A stretch of 39,749 nt of DNA. Origin: Nemertoderma westbladi (Eukaryota > Animalia > Xenacoelomorpha). Where the stretch lies: positions 1-39,749 of the forward strand of contig JAUCBJ010006448.1 of the NCBI GenBank assembly GCA_032718475.1, given 5' to 3'. Of the stretch, positions 1-9,995 are shown in pieces (positions within the stretch are counted from its first letter, which is position 1; the number at the start of each line of letters is the position of its first letter). Under the pieces are notes generated by a model. The model was not told where the DNA came from. It was given only the letters and a program-made list of their open reading frames with translations, and searched no databases. Both the position numbers and the translations under genes were made by a program.

Positions 1-419
1 AAGAGCAAAGTAATCTGCGGGAGTCGGTGTTTAAACTATTTTTATTTCTGTATAGAAACCTAATCCTACTGTTGATTGTATATAATATTATAAGAGATAG
101 AAACTGCACAAATTATATTAGTTGCTGTTTAAATAAATGTAAAAATGACATAAATAATGTTATAAATAAGTTAGCTTATATTTATGGTGGCGTGTGGAGC
201 CATGGTATAATAATATAGCTAGGCCCTACTGGTACCTACTGCTACTGTAATAAAACATTGATATTAAGATAGACTCGCGTTCTTATACTGATCACGATAA
301 AACTCGTTAAAAATCATTCTCGCATACGCAACTATCATTTTTTGTGTTTGTCTGGTGGGTCGAAAAAACAAGCAGGATAAAGTTACAAACGGGAAAAATC
401 TAATTAGATTGGATAATAC

Positions 420-690
420 AATATTTTTGTGTGTCATATCCGTGATCAGCATCCCAGAAAACCCACAATGTCATAAAATCAGGTTGATTTGGTAATGATT
501 TTTGATTATCAAATTTGTGCTACTTGTATTTTTCTTGCCGCACATTGATACGTATCCAAAAAAGCCGTAATCAAGGTAAGGTACTTTTCAGTGTCATATT
601 TGTGATCAGCATCCCAAAATCCCAAATGGTTAGAAAATCAATTTGACTTCGTGGTGATTTTTTATTATCATGTTTACAACTTGTTTTTTT
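420..690. repeat. Two diverged ~160-bp direct repeats, probably the interior of a decayed non-autonomous DNA transposon
   Basis: GTGATCAGCATCCC recurs at 442 and 602, with similar flanks. The period resembles the ~162-bp internal repeats of the 4107-5695 element. No termini found. Confidence 0.45.
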
Positions 691-742
691 CGTGCTCCAT
701 CCAGGTCGGGGCACAAATAACTGAATAATAACTAATATAACA

Positions 743-973
743 TACAGTCGGCCGAGGCAGGATGCGACCCGATGGTTGCACCTCTTTTGATAGCTGCTAC
801 CCGAGGTTATGTGTGGGCGCTACTCTTATCCAAAGATTTGCTCCCAGTTTTTTTTAACTGGAACTCATTTTATCGACCCCAATGGATGAAAGGCTGACTG
901 GAACCTGGCTGGGTTGAACCTACAACCAATAGATTGCAGACCTGGCGCTTAGCCAACTGAGCTACCCCGCCGT
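743..973 (-). mobile_element. tRNA-derived SINE with 14-bp target-site duplication
   Basis: The reverse complement starts GGCGGGGTAGCTCAGTTGGCTAAGCGC (A box)...GTAGGTTCAACCC (B box). The body CAGCCTTTCATCC...GGGGTCGATAAAATGAG resembles a conserved SINE central domain. TAACTAATATAACA is duplicated at 729-742 and 974-987. Confidence 0.85.
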
Positions 974-2043
974 TAACTAATATAACAACATACCTATGTT
1001 GTTATATTACACAACTCTTAGAAATGTTTGATGTAGGACTATGTTTGGGTAGATCTTCCCAATGAAATCAGCACATTCTAAAACTTCAGTAGCCAAACTG
1101 TACGGCCAAATTACAACTTTTGGCTTTTTGAAAATTTCAAACTACTTGCACTTTTGCTCTTTTACTATATTAAAAATTGAAAATTTTGCATCAAATCTTG
1201 CTTTCGATTACTAATAATGAATTCAACAAACCAAAAAAACATAGTATGTTTAATGGTTATACCGAAGTCTTTGAATGGTGATATATTTTTTGTAATTTTA
1301 TCAATTCCAAGAGGTGTTGATATGGTATGGGTGGAAGGAATGCATCATATCACAAAACTATTACATTTTTATTTGTTTCATCTGAAAGAGGACATGATCG
1401 ACATCATGTCCTTCATGGGTTTTCATGATCAGTGATTATATTTCCGATGTTAGTTTTTACTTTTGGTGAAATATATTCTCTCTGTCTGCCAGTTGTACTG
1501 TATATGTGCAAGATAGACAAAGTGGTAGACGGAAAGACAGCGATAACTTGAGAACTAAAAAAGTCTTGCTTAGCCGTTTTATGTTCATGGAACCATCCCT
1601 TTACATTTTGCTTCAGATGAAATATAAACAAAATGTGATAATTTCACCCAAATCCATGGAGTGGATACTCCACCCCCACCCCAACCCCCGAATTGAACTT
1701 TAGCAGGTTAAGGTAGGCAAAGGGTATCGTGTCCTGTCCGAGTACCATAACTATTTCTATATATGCTTATAAGTCGTTTTTTGTAGTCCAAAAATTTCTT
1801 TCAAGTAATTAATAATTTTGGAAAAATATAGGACCTACAGTAATAGATATTATTTCATTCTATGAAATCTATAAATGTGTCCATTGAGGACCAGTTTAGG
1901 TACGGGAATTTTGGCTAATCAATTTCTAAGTTCGCTATAATCTAATTCCACCATTTAGATTATAGAAGTAGTGATGTGACAAACTTGTTTCTATAAAATA
2001 CTTATACCCTATTAAAACCATTGGATTTCCTTCTGCCATTTTA

Positions 2044-3582
2044 ATGGATAACCAATCTGAAGACTTTAATGAACCAGATGATGTCAGTCAACATCGTGGC
2101 GCCAGTGTCGATCAACATCCATTGCACAACCCGGACATGGCACCCCCTCCGCCTCCAGAATTACAAGGTACATCATGGGTACCCCCTCCACAGTTCCCAA
2201 GTACATCAAGGGTAATCCCTCCACAGTGCCCAAGTACATCATGGATACCCGCTCCACATTTCCCAAGTGCATCAAGGGTACTCCCTCCACAGTTCCCAAG
2301 TACATCAAGGGTACTCCCTCCACAGTTCCCAAGTACATCAAGGGTACTCCCTCCACAGTTCCCAAGTACATCAAGGGTACTCCCTCCACAGTTCCCAAGT
2401 ACATCAAGGGTACTCCCTCCACAGTTCCCAAGTGCATCAAGCGTACTCCCTCCACAGTTCCCAAGTACATCAAGGGATTTCGACCAATCAGGTTACCAAC
2501 AAACAAGCAGTGAATTTCATCCACCAGGGTGGATGAGTCCCTGGATTGATGATTCCGCGAGAATATGGCGTCCTTGGGTTCATGATTCCAAATCCAAAGT
2601 TACATCCGATATTGTTGAGTTACCTCCATTGCAAAGTACCTCATATCATGAGGTTCAGCTTCCTTACTTCAAAAGAATATCTGGTACAGATAAATTTCCT
2701 GAAGTATCAAGAACATTGACTTCGAGGGAAATTCCTGGAAACCAAAGTACAGCCGGTGTGGAACATCTTTCTGGAAACCCAAGTACATCTCTCATGGGTC
2801 AGAGTTCTGTTGCATATGCTTTACCTGAACCTACAGAAATTCGATTTTCTTCCTTTAATATTAATAATGGTACAAGCCTATATAGAACAATCATGTCAAC
2901 GTCTGACTCTTTTGTTTCGCGTAATAAATATGTGCATAAGAAAGAATCTATTTCCATTTCGTTTGATTATGAAACAAAAGTGCTAAAATGCAATAAAAAG
3001 CATGACAAATATTTCAAGTTAACAATTCATAGAAATACTTCGGTAAATATTCCACCAGTTGGAGATAATGATTATATGTGTATGAATGTCACACTAAACA
3101 ATACCTTAAAAGAAAAGTGTAAAGTTTTTTTGCATCATCGATACGATGCCGAATATTTACTTGGAGCGATTAAGGAAAAAGGAAAAGAAGACAGGAAGAA
3201 AAAGAGAACTGCAGAACCACGCGTTCCGAATCCGGAAGCTAACTCAGTAAATCTACCGAACCCTAAAATGGTCATAATAACAAAAGATGATGGACAAGGA
3301 ACCCCCCTTGATCTATTACAATTTGATTCAGTTGAGTATCCTATTAAATTAACCCTTAAAAATAACAAATTTGAATGCCAACAGATATATCAGGGCAGAT
3401 ATTATGATATATCATTGCAACATAGTCAAGTCGAAGATGTAAAAAAAATAAACGAAAACAATGTTGTCATTTTAAAAGTGCCGTTCGTTCATGGCACACC
3501 CTATTATGAATTCTCCTTTGCAAAAGAGGATGAAGCCAATGACTTTGAAAAGATAGTACGTGGAATTATTAGTAATATTTGA
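2044..3582 (+). CDS. Intronless 512-aa unknown protein: Pro/Ser-rich N-terminus with ~10 x 11-aa PPQFPSTSRVL repeats, and two C-terminal beta-rich domains each ending in a helix (PH-like by pattern)
   Basis: A 1.5-kb open frame in AT-rich DNA, with TATAAAA near 1992. The C-terminal segment ...YYEFSFAKEDEANDFEKIVRGII has the strand-then-helix pattern of PH-superfamily ends. A basic patch KEDRKKKR lies between the two domains. Confidence 0.75.
   Translation: MDNQSEDFNEPDDVSQHRGASVDQHPLHNPDMAPPPPPELQGTSWVPPPQFPSTSRVIPPQCPSTSWIPAPHFPSASRVLPPQFPSTSRVLPPQFPSTSRVLPPQFPSTSRVLPPQFPSTSRVLPPQFPSASSVLPPQFPSTSRDFDQSGYQQTSSEFHPPGWMSPWIDDSARIWRPWVHDSKSKVTSDIVELPPLQSTSYHEVQLPYFKRISGTDKFPEVSRTLTSREIPGNQSTAGVEHLSGNPSTSLMGQSSVAYALPEPTEIRFSSFNINNGTSLYRTIMSTSDSFVSRNKYVHKKESISISFDYETKVLKCNKKHDKYFKLTIHRNTSVNIPPVGDNDYMCMNVTLNNTLKEKCKVFLHHRYDAEYLLGAIKEKGKEDRKKKRTAEPRVPNPEANSVNLPNPKMVIITKDDGQGTPLDLLQFDSVEYPIKLTLKNNKFECQQIYQGRYYDISLQHSQVEDVKKINENNVVILKVPFVHGTPYYEFSFAKEDEANDFEKIVRGIISNI
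2152..2481 (+). repeat. 33-bp coding tandem repeat, ~10 units
   Basis: Unit CCTCCACAGTTCCCAAGTACATCAAGGGTACTC, in frame with the 2044-3582 ORF. Confidence 0.95.
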
Positions 3583-3819
3583 TTATTTAAATGCTAAACA
3601 TAATAGGTAATATTAAATATTTTTGTCTCGGGTGCGGCTCAACTACCAGGATAGTCAACGCTGTAACATTACAATGTGTTAAGTCAATTTGGTACTAAAC
3701 AAATGTAACTATCTAACTCTGTGTATAATCTCTGTATATACTCTGTATATGGATAATATATTAGATTTCTTTATTTCCAATATTTGAGTAAAACTCTTTA
3801 ATTAAAACTATTAAATTAA

Positions 3820-3970
3820 GCCAAGGTGCAGATATGCACCCTGGCTAGTCCCTCTGATGCATTCATGCTGAAATTTAATAGTGTCCTGGCCCGGCCCCCA
3901 TGCGAGTATTGAATCCACGACCTCCGATAGAGATGTTAATTCCCCCGATGCAACCCTTACTTCAAGGTGT
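3820..3970 (-). mobile_element. Diverged copy of a second tRNA-like SINE family
   Basis: CCATGCGAGTATTGAATCCACGACCTCC..GAGATGTTAATTC..GCAACC..CAAGGTG aligns with the reverse complement of 9902-9980. CCTGGCTAGTCCC is shared with 33317-33330. Confidence 0.6.
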
Positions 3971-4053
3971 GTCTTATTGCATTCTATCTACCAATGGCTG
4001 GGAAAATGCGGGAATCGACTTATATAATTATGGAAGTCGTCCTCACTTCAACC

Positions 4054-5800
4054 GAATAAGCATGGTGGACCTGGACAGCCCATGACTTTCTTGAGACGCA
4101 TCTTAACCCTATTAAACCCGGGGGGGGGGGGGGGGGGAGGGGGGGGGTCAATATGACCCCTCCCGTGGTTTTTTTATTATAATTCTGAAACAAACGCAGT
4201 TGGGAATCTGAAATTTTATGACTTTTCCTAAAAATCTAATGTCTTCTTAGTAGTGAAAACCGTTTTCAAAAATATTGGGTAGTTTTCGAGTTATAGCACC
4301 ATTTTTTAACCCTACTTTTGGCACTTGTTTGAGACGTTTTTTGAAAATTACATTTCATTAAATATTAATTGTAACATCTCTATTTTTTATTACCACCGGT
4401 TTTTTGGTGTTAGCAATTGGATGAAATTCATATAAATTGATTTAGAAATTTCAAACTTGTTTTTATCGGCGGGTGCCAAATTTTGGTGCCAGCACCAAAT
4501 ATTGAAATATGTCCATTTTGTAAATTGATTGTTTGAAGCTTGTTTTTTACGTAATTGGGGTTTTTTGGGGTTCTGGTTTCGATGAAATATATACGAGTTG
4601 CTCCAAGCGTATCAAACTTGTATTTTTCGGTGCTGTTTGCAAATTTTGGTGCTAGCACGAAATTTTGAAAATCCATTCAATAGATAAAATTGCTTGTGAC
4701 AATTTCTTTCTTGCATTTTAGAGGTTTATGGCTGTTCTGAATTCAATGGAATATATAATTATCGAACTAGACATCTCAAACTTGTATATTTCGGAAGTGG
4801 GTGCAAAATGTGCTACTAGCACCAAATTTTGAAAACCATCAAATATATCATTTGATTGTGTCATCTTGTTTCTTGCGTTATATGGGTTTGTTAGGGTTCT
4901 GAATTCAATGGAATCAGTAAAAATTTCATAAGAGTTTTCAAACTTGTATTTTTCGCCGGTGGGTGAAAATTGTGATTGCACCAAATTTTGGAAAATGAGT
5001 AAATTGATCAGTAGATAGTATCATCTTGTTTCTTGCGTTATACGGGTTTATGAGGGTCCTGAATCCGATGGAATCAATAAAAACAGCACTGGACATCGCA
5101 AACTTGTACTTTTTAGTAATGGGTACGAAATTTGGTGCTAGCACCAAAATTTGCCAAATTACGCCGAAAAATACAAGTAGCCATGATCTGGCATATTTGA
5201 AATGTATTCCATTAGAATCAGCGCCCTAGAAAACCTGAAAATGTGAATTTATAGCATCGTATAAGTGAATTAAAAATTCTGTGTTCTAACTGAAAAGTGC
5301 TGGTTACTTGTTTTTTTCATTTTTTTCCTACGCATAGAGGATTAAACAGACATTTATGGTAATCATATCATTTTTAAATATTTTCCAATGTATTTTGCGC
5401 CCCAAAAAACTTGTATTGAAAAACAATTAGCCGAAAAATGTAACTTTCAAATTTTGTGAAAATTGTGCACTACTTGTAATTTTGGTGCTGCAATATTACC
5501 ACCCCAGTACATTTTTTCGGAAATTTTTTTTTCGATCGGATCCATACTAGTGATACCTACGTACAAACAAAAAATCAGACGTTTTCGTTAATATTTGTAG
5601 ATTTTAGAGGGGGGGGGGGGGGTCAATATGACCCCACCACCCCCCCCCCCCCCCCCGGTATTTGTACAGCATTTTATAGCCCGGTACTAATAGGGTTAAA
5701 GGACACTGGCCTTGAAGATACGAATGATCTAGCAAATGTCATGGGTGATAGGGAGTTGTGGAGGCGCACTATTGTGGAAATGCCACCATATCATTCTTAA
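4054..5800 (+). mobile_element. RTE-clade LINE 3' fragment (4054-4106 plus 5700-5800), split by the TTAA element
   Basis: The joined halves read ...PMTFLRRIL|KDTGLEDTNDLANVMGDRELWRRTIVEMPPYHS*. Uninterrupted copies lie at 11726-11930 and 12698-12965. Confidence 0.8.
4107..5695. mobile_element. Non-autonomous piggyBac-type DNA transposon (1589 bp)
   Basis: TTAA at 4103-4106 and 5696-5699. Termini CCCTATTAAACCCGG / CCGGTACTAATAGGG. Subterminal poly-G plus GGGGTCAATATGACCCC near both ends. Five ~162-bp internal repeats (AAACTTGT at 4453, 4614, 4778, 4940, 5100). The empty site CATCTTAAAGGACAC occurs twice elsewhere in the window. No transposase. Confidence 0.9.
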
Positions 5801-6099
5801 AATATATGATATTTATGGTACGTAGGAATTATGTTTTACCTTTTTTGGTGGCTAAATCTACTACTGACTTGGCTGATCACCATGTGCGGACACCGGTCAG
5901 GTCATGATCTCATGCAGCATGCAGGGACAAGGTGTAAACTGGAAAGCCTATAAATCAAAGTTTTAGGAGATAGGGCCCTTAACAAACGGCAGTCAGTAGA
6001 GGTAGGCTGCCTGAGTGCAGCAAGCAACACTAATAAAGTTTTTTGATAAGCCAGTAGTCTTTATCAGTAAACGGAGGGAGGGGTGGAGATAATATGTAG

Positions 6100-6283
6100 G
6101 TAGTGGTAGTTAATTTGGGGGCAGTGTTACTAATTTGGGCACATTCTTCTGTTTCTACTTAGAAAAAACAGGGTTTGGATATAGATTATTATCAAATGAA
6201 TATAAAGTAGGAGGGACATAAAATGCGTGTTTTTAGGATATAAGCAGAGTTTTGGCATGTTACTTACCTACAGAACAGTTAAA
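6100..6283 (+). repeat. Diverged ~170-bp direct repeat; partner at about 11240-11390
   Basis: Shared blocks AATT(T)GGGCACA, AAAAAACAGGG and ATGCGTGTTTTTAGGATATAAGC lie on both sides of the 6290-11199 element. Confidence 0.7.
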
Positions 6284-7172
6284 ACCGTGAGTAGTAAGAT
6301 GAACCCCTTTTCGGCGACAGTTAGACCAACTTCACACCTTAGGTGTTAATTAGGTCATTAATTAATTATTGGTCGATTAAACAATTAATTAATTGTTTAA
6401 TCGATCGATTTGTATCAAATAATGTTGCCAAAGGCAATTTAATTTGACATAAATCAATCAGGGACGCGCAATGAATAGATTGTACTACAGTAGATGAAAT
6501 ATACAATACAATAGGAACAATAATACAATATACAGTACATTTGTATTATATTTGTCATACAGTAGAAGGTAAAGGTAGAATGAAATATAAAGATGCGAGG
6601 GGGCCCAAAACATAAATTAGCCTCACACGAAAATAAAATGGACCAGTTTGGCCCTGGTTCAATCCCTCAATAATCTGCGGCTGTTTGGGCTCTTATTAGA
6701 CGTAGCATGACTAACCCCATTGAATCCTATGTTGAGTTATACTGTATACCAACGTGGGGCTGCCACAAAGTTTAAATTATTTAAACCTCCAGCTTCGTTA
6801 TCATGTAGACCATTGTCAAATCGCCTAAGAAAATTATAATAAACATCTGGTTTGCAATATATTGCATTCTTTCACATTGTGTTGTGAAGCAGCCTGCGCG
6901 CCTGATCGCACATAATTAAATAATTAATCATAAGTTATATACAGTTTATCTTCAATTTATTGAATTTGTTTTTATTTATAACCCTAATTGTTCTACTGTA
7001 TTATAATTTATGTTTTATTATAACAAGCTATATCCTGTTAATCTTTATTAATTTTATTTGTACTGAGGTTTTCGAGGGCGCTGTTTCCAATGGTCCTACT
7101 CTCAAAACGATCTAACCTACTGTATAATTGATTACTTAAGTCTGCGAAATATGCGTAAGTAACAAATATCGT

Positions 7173-7761
7173 CCACAGCCACAGCCACAGCCACAGCCAC
7201 AGCCACAGCCACAGCCACAGCCACAGCCACAGCCACAGCCACAGCCACAGCCACAGCCACAGCCACAGCCACAGCCACAGCCACAGCCACAGCCACAGCC
7301 ACAGCCACAGCCACAGCCACAGCCACAGCCTCAGCCACCGCCACAGCCACAGCCACAGCCACAGCCACAGCCACAGCCACAGCCACAGCCACAGCCACAG
7401 CCACAGCCACAGCCACAGCCACAGCCACAGCCACAGCCACAGCCACAGCCACAACCACAGCCACAACCACAGCCACAGCCACAGCCACAACCACAGCCAC
7501 AGCCACAGCCACAGCCACAGCCACAGCCACAGCCACAGCCACAGCCACAGCCACAGCCACAACCACAACTACAGCCACAGCCACAGCCACAGCAGCCACA
7601 GCCACAGCCACAGCCACAGCCACAGCCACAGCCACAGCCACAGCCACAGCCACAGCCACAGCCACAGCCACAGCCACAACCACAGCCACAGCCACAGCCA
7701 CAGCCACAGCCTCAGCCTCAGCCACAGCCACAGCCACAGCCTCAGCCTCACCTTCAGCCAC
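7173..7761 (+). repeat. (CCACAG)n hexanucleotide microsatellite, ~98 units
   Basis: Read directly; ends in the variant CAGCCTCACCTTCAGCCAC. Confidence 0.98.
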
Positions 7762-7999
7762 TTCATTGTCAAATACGCCTGAGAAAAATTCAAGAAACAT
7801 CTGGTTTGCAATAGATTATTCTTTTTTCACAACTCCATTCTAGCCTCCCTCTATAATAGCCCCCATTCACTGCATTCCCATTCATTCTCTAATTTTCATT
7901 TTTAAAAGTTTTATTTATTTTAATAAAAGTTTTATTTATTTAAAATTTTGTAAAATCATTTATCGAAAATTCAATACTATTAATTGCTATTGCTATATA

Positions 8000-8714
8000 A
8001 TGCCTAGTTATGAAAAATGCATGGTTTGTGATAAAGAAATGAGACGAGACAGTATATCCCGCCATATAAGTATACATAGAAAGGAAGGTGTAATAGAACC
8101 TTCCCCAAAGAAATTAAAAAATAATGATGATATTTTTAGTGAAGAAGAGAACAAAAAGAGAGTTGAGAGTGATTTTCTAGAGATTAAACAAATGATGAAA
8201 CATAAATAATTCGAGAAAATCATGAATATTTTGAAAAATATACAGAAACAGCCACATAGTGAAAAGGACGATGAGAGTGAGGAAGATGATAAATCAGAGG
8301 AAAGTGAGAATGATGAAACGGATGAGTGAGATAGAGAAAGAAGAAAATGAGAGTGGTGGTAAAAAAATGAGAGCGAGAAAGAAGTCGAGGAACATGAAAG
8401 TGGGGAGGAGAATGCGTCAGATAAATGAGGAGATATTAAGACATGTATTAGGAAATAAAAATAAATTGCAGAAAATAATTAGACAATTGAATGAAATGCA
8501 GAAACATTCGCATAAGGAGAGTGATAATGATGGAAATGAGAGTGATGAGGATGAATCGGAGGAGAGTAGCGATGACAGTGAGGAAGCATCAGAGGAGAAT
8601 GACAATGAAAATGGACAGAAAATCAGAGTAGGGAATGGAAAAGTTATATCTCCAGCAACTGTTGTATTACGACCTAGGAGTATGAACAGTCGTACAGTTA
8701 ATGCGAGACATTAA
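8000..8714 (+). pseudogene. Disrupted gene: N-terminal C2H2-type zinc finger plus two helical/acidic modules
   Basis: CMVCDKEMRRDSISRHISIH is C-x2-C-x11-H-x3-H. After the in-frame TAA at 8207 the frame continues FEKIMNILKNIQKQPHSEKDDESEEDD. Frameshifts then lead to the related module KLQKIIRQLNEMQKHSHKESDNDGNESDEDE. AATAAA near 8802. Confidence 0.65.
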
Positions 8715-8914
8715 TTATAACTGAAATATTGTATATGTTTGAAATATTTATTATATTTAGTCGTATTAATTATGTAATTTCATGATATGCTTAATTAAAC
8801 AAATAAAGTCAACTTGATCCTATTTTAAATGCATAATGAATGAGTAACCAAAACATCAAATTAGTTAAACATTTTGACAACAGATAAACAAATATTCTCC
8901 TGTGGGGAGAAGTG

Positions 8915-9900
8915 GTGGCTGAAGGTGAGGCTGTGGCTGAAGGTGAGGCTGTGGCTGTGGCTGTGGCTGTGGTTGTGGCTGTGGCTGTGGCTGTAGCTGT
9001 GGCTGTGGCTGTGGCTGTGGCTGTGGCTGTGGCTGTGGCTGTGGCTGTGGCTGTGGCTGTGGCTGTGGCTGTGGCTGTGGCTGTGGCTGTGGCTGTGGCT
9101 GTGGCTGTGGCTGTGGCTGTGGCTGTGGCTGTGGCTGTGGCTGTGGCTGTGGCTGTGGCTGTGGCTGTGGCTGTGGCTGTGGCTGTGGCTGTGGCTGTGG
9201 CTGTGGCTGTGGCTGTGGCTGTGGCTGTGGCTGTGGCTGTGGCTGTGGCTGTGGCTGTGGCTGTGGCTGTGGCTGTGGCTGTGGCTGTGGCTGTGGCTGT
9301 GGCTGTGGCTGTGGCTGTGGCTGTGGCTGTGGCTGTGGCTGTGGCTGTGGCTGTGGCTGTGGCTGTGGCTGTGGCTGTGGCTGTGGCTGTGGCTGTGGCT
9401 GTGGCTGTGGCTGTGGCTGTGGCTGTGGCTGTGGCTGTGGCTGTGGCTGTGGCTGTGGCTGTGGCTGTGGCTGTGGCTGTGGCTGTGGCTGTGGCTGTGG
9501 CTGTGGCTGTGGCTGTGGCTGTGGCTGTGGCTGTGGCTGTGGCTGTGGCTGTGGCTGTGGCTGTGGCTGTGGCTGTGGCTGTGGCTGTGGCTGTGGCTGT
9601 GGCTGTGGCTGTGGCTGTGGCTGTGGCTGTGGCTGTGGCTGTGGCTGTGGCTGTGGCTGTGGCTGTGGCTGTGGCTGTGGCTGTGGCTGTGGCTGTGGCT
9701 GTGGCTGTGGCTGTGGCTGTGGCTGTGGCTGTGGCTGTGGCTGTGGCTGTGACTGTGGCTGTGGCTGTGGCTGTGGCTGTGGCTGTGGCTGTGGCTGTGG
9801 CTGTGGTCGTGGCTGTGGCTGTGGCTGTGGCTGTGGCTGTGGCTGTGGCTGTGGCTGTGGCTGTGGCTGTGGCTGTGGCTGTGGCTGTGGCTGTGGCTGT
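8915..9900 (+). repeat. (GTGGCT)n hexanucleotide microsatellite, ~164 units, reverse complement of the 7173-7761 array
   Basis: Read directly; starts with GTGGCTGAAGGTGAGGCTG, the reverse complement of the inner end of the left array. Confidence 0.98.
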
Positions 9901-9901
9901 T

Positions 9902-9995
9902 CCACCTTGGTGTAGTGGTTGCTTTGAATTCACATCTCCAGTAGGTCGTGGGTTCGATCCTCACATGGACCAGGGCAGTTTTCGTTCGATCAGCA
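9902..9995 (+). mobile_element. tRNA-like SINE head (Pol III A and B boxes) abutting the microsatellite
   Basis: TGGTGTAGTGG (A box) and GGTTCGATCC (B box). No clean acceptor stem. Homologous to 3820-3970 and 33300-33390. Confidence 0.65.

Noticed and set aside
900-973. Functional tRNA gene (also considered at 9902-9975 and 32445-32515)
   Set aside because: No convincing acceptor stem. The first two continue into SINE bodies, with a TSD or dispersed homologues.
2084-2536. Overlapping ORFs 2084-2524(-), 2175-2513 and 2267-2536
   Set aside because: Alternative frames of the 33-bp repeat within the 512-aa ORF.
4428-5229. Short ORFs as a piggyBac transposase
   Set aside because: They are translations of the 162-bp internal repeats with no catalytic motifs.
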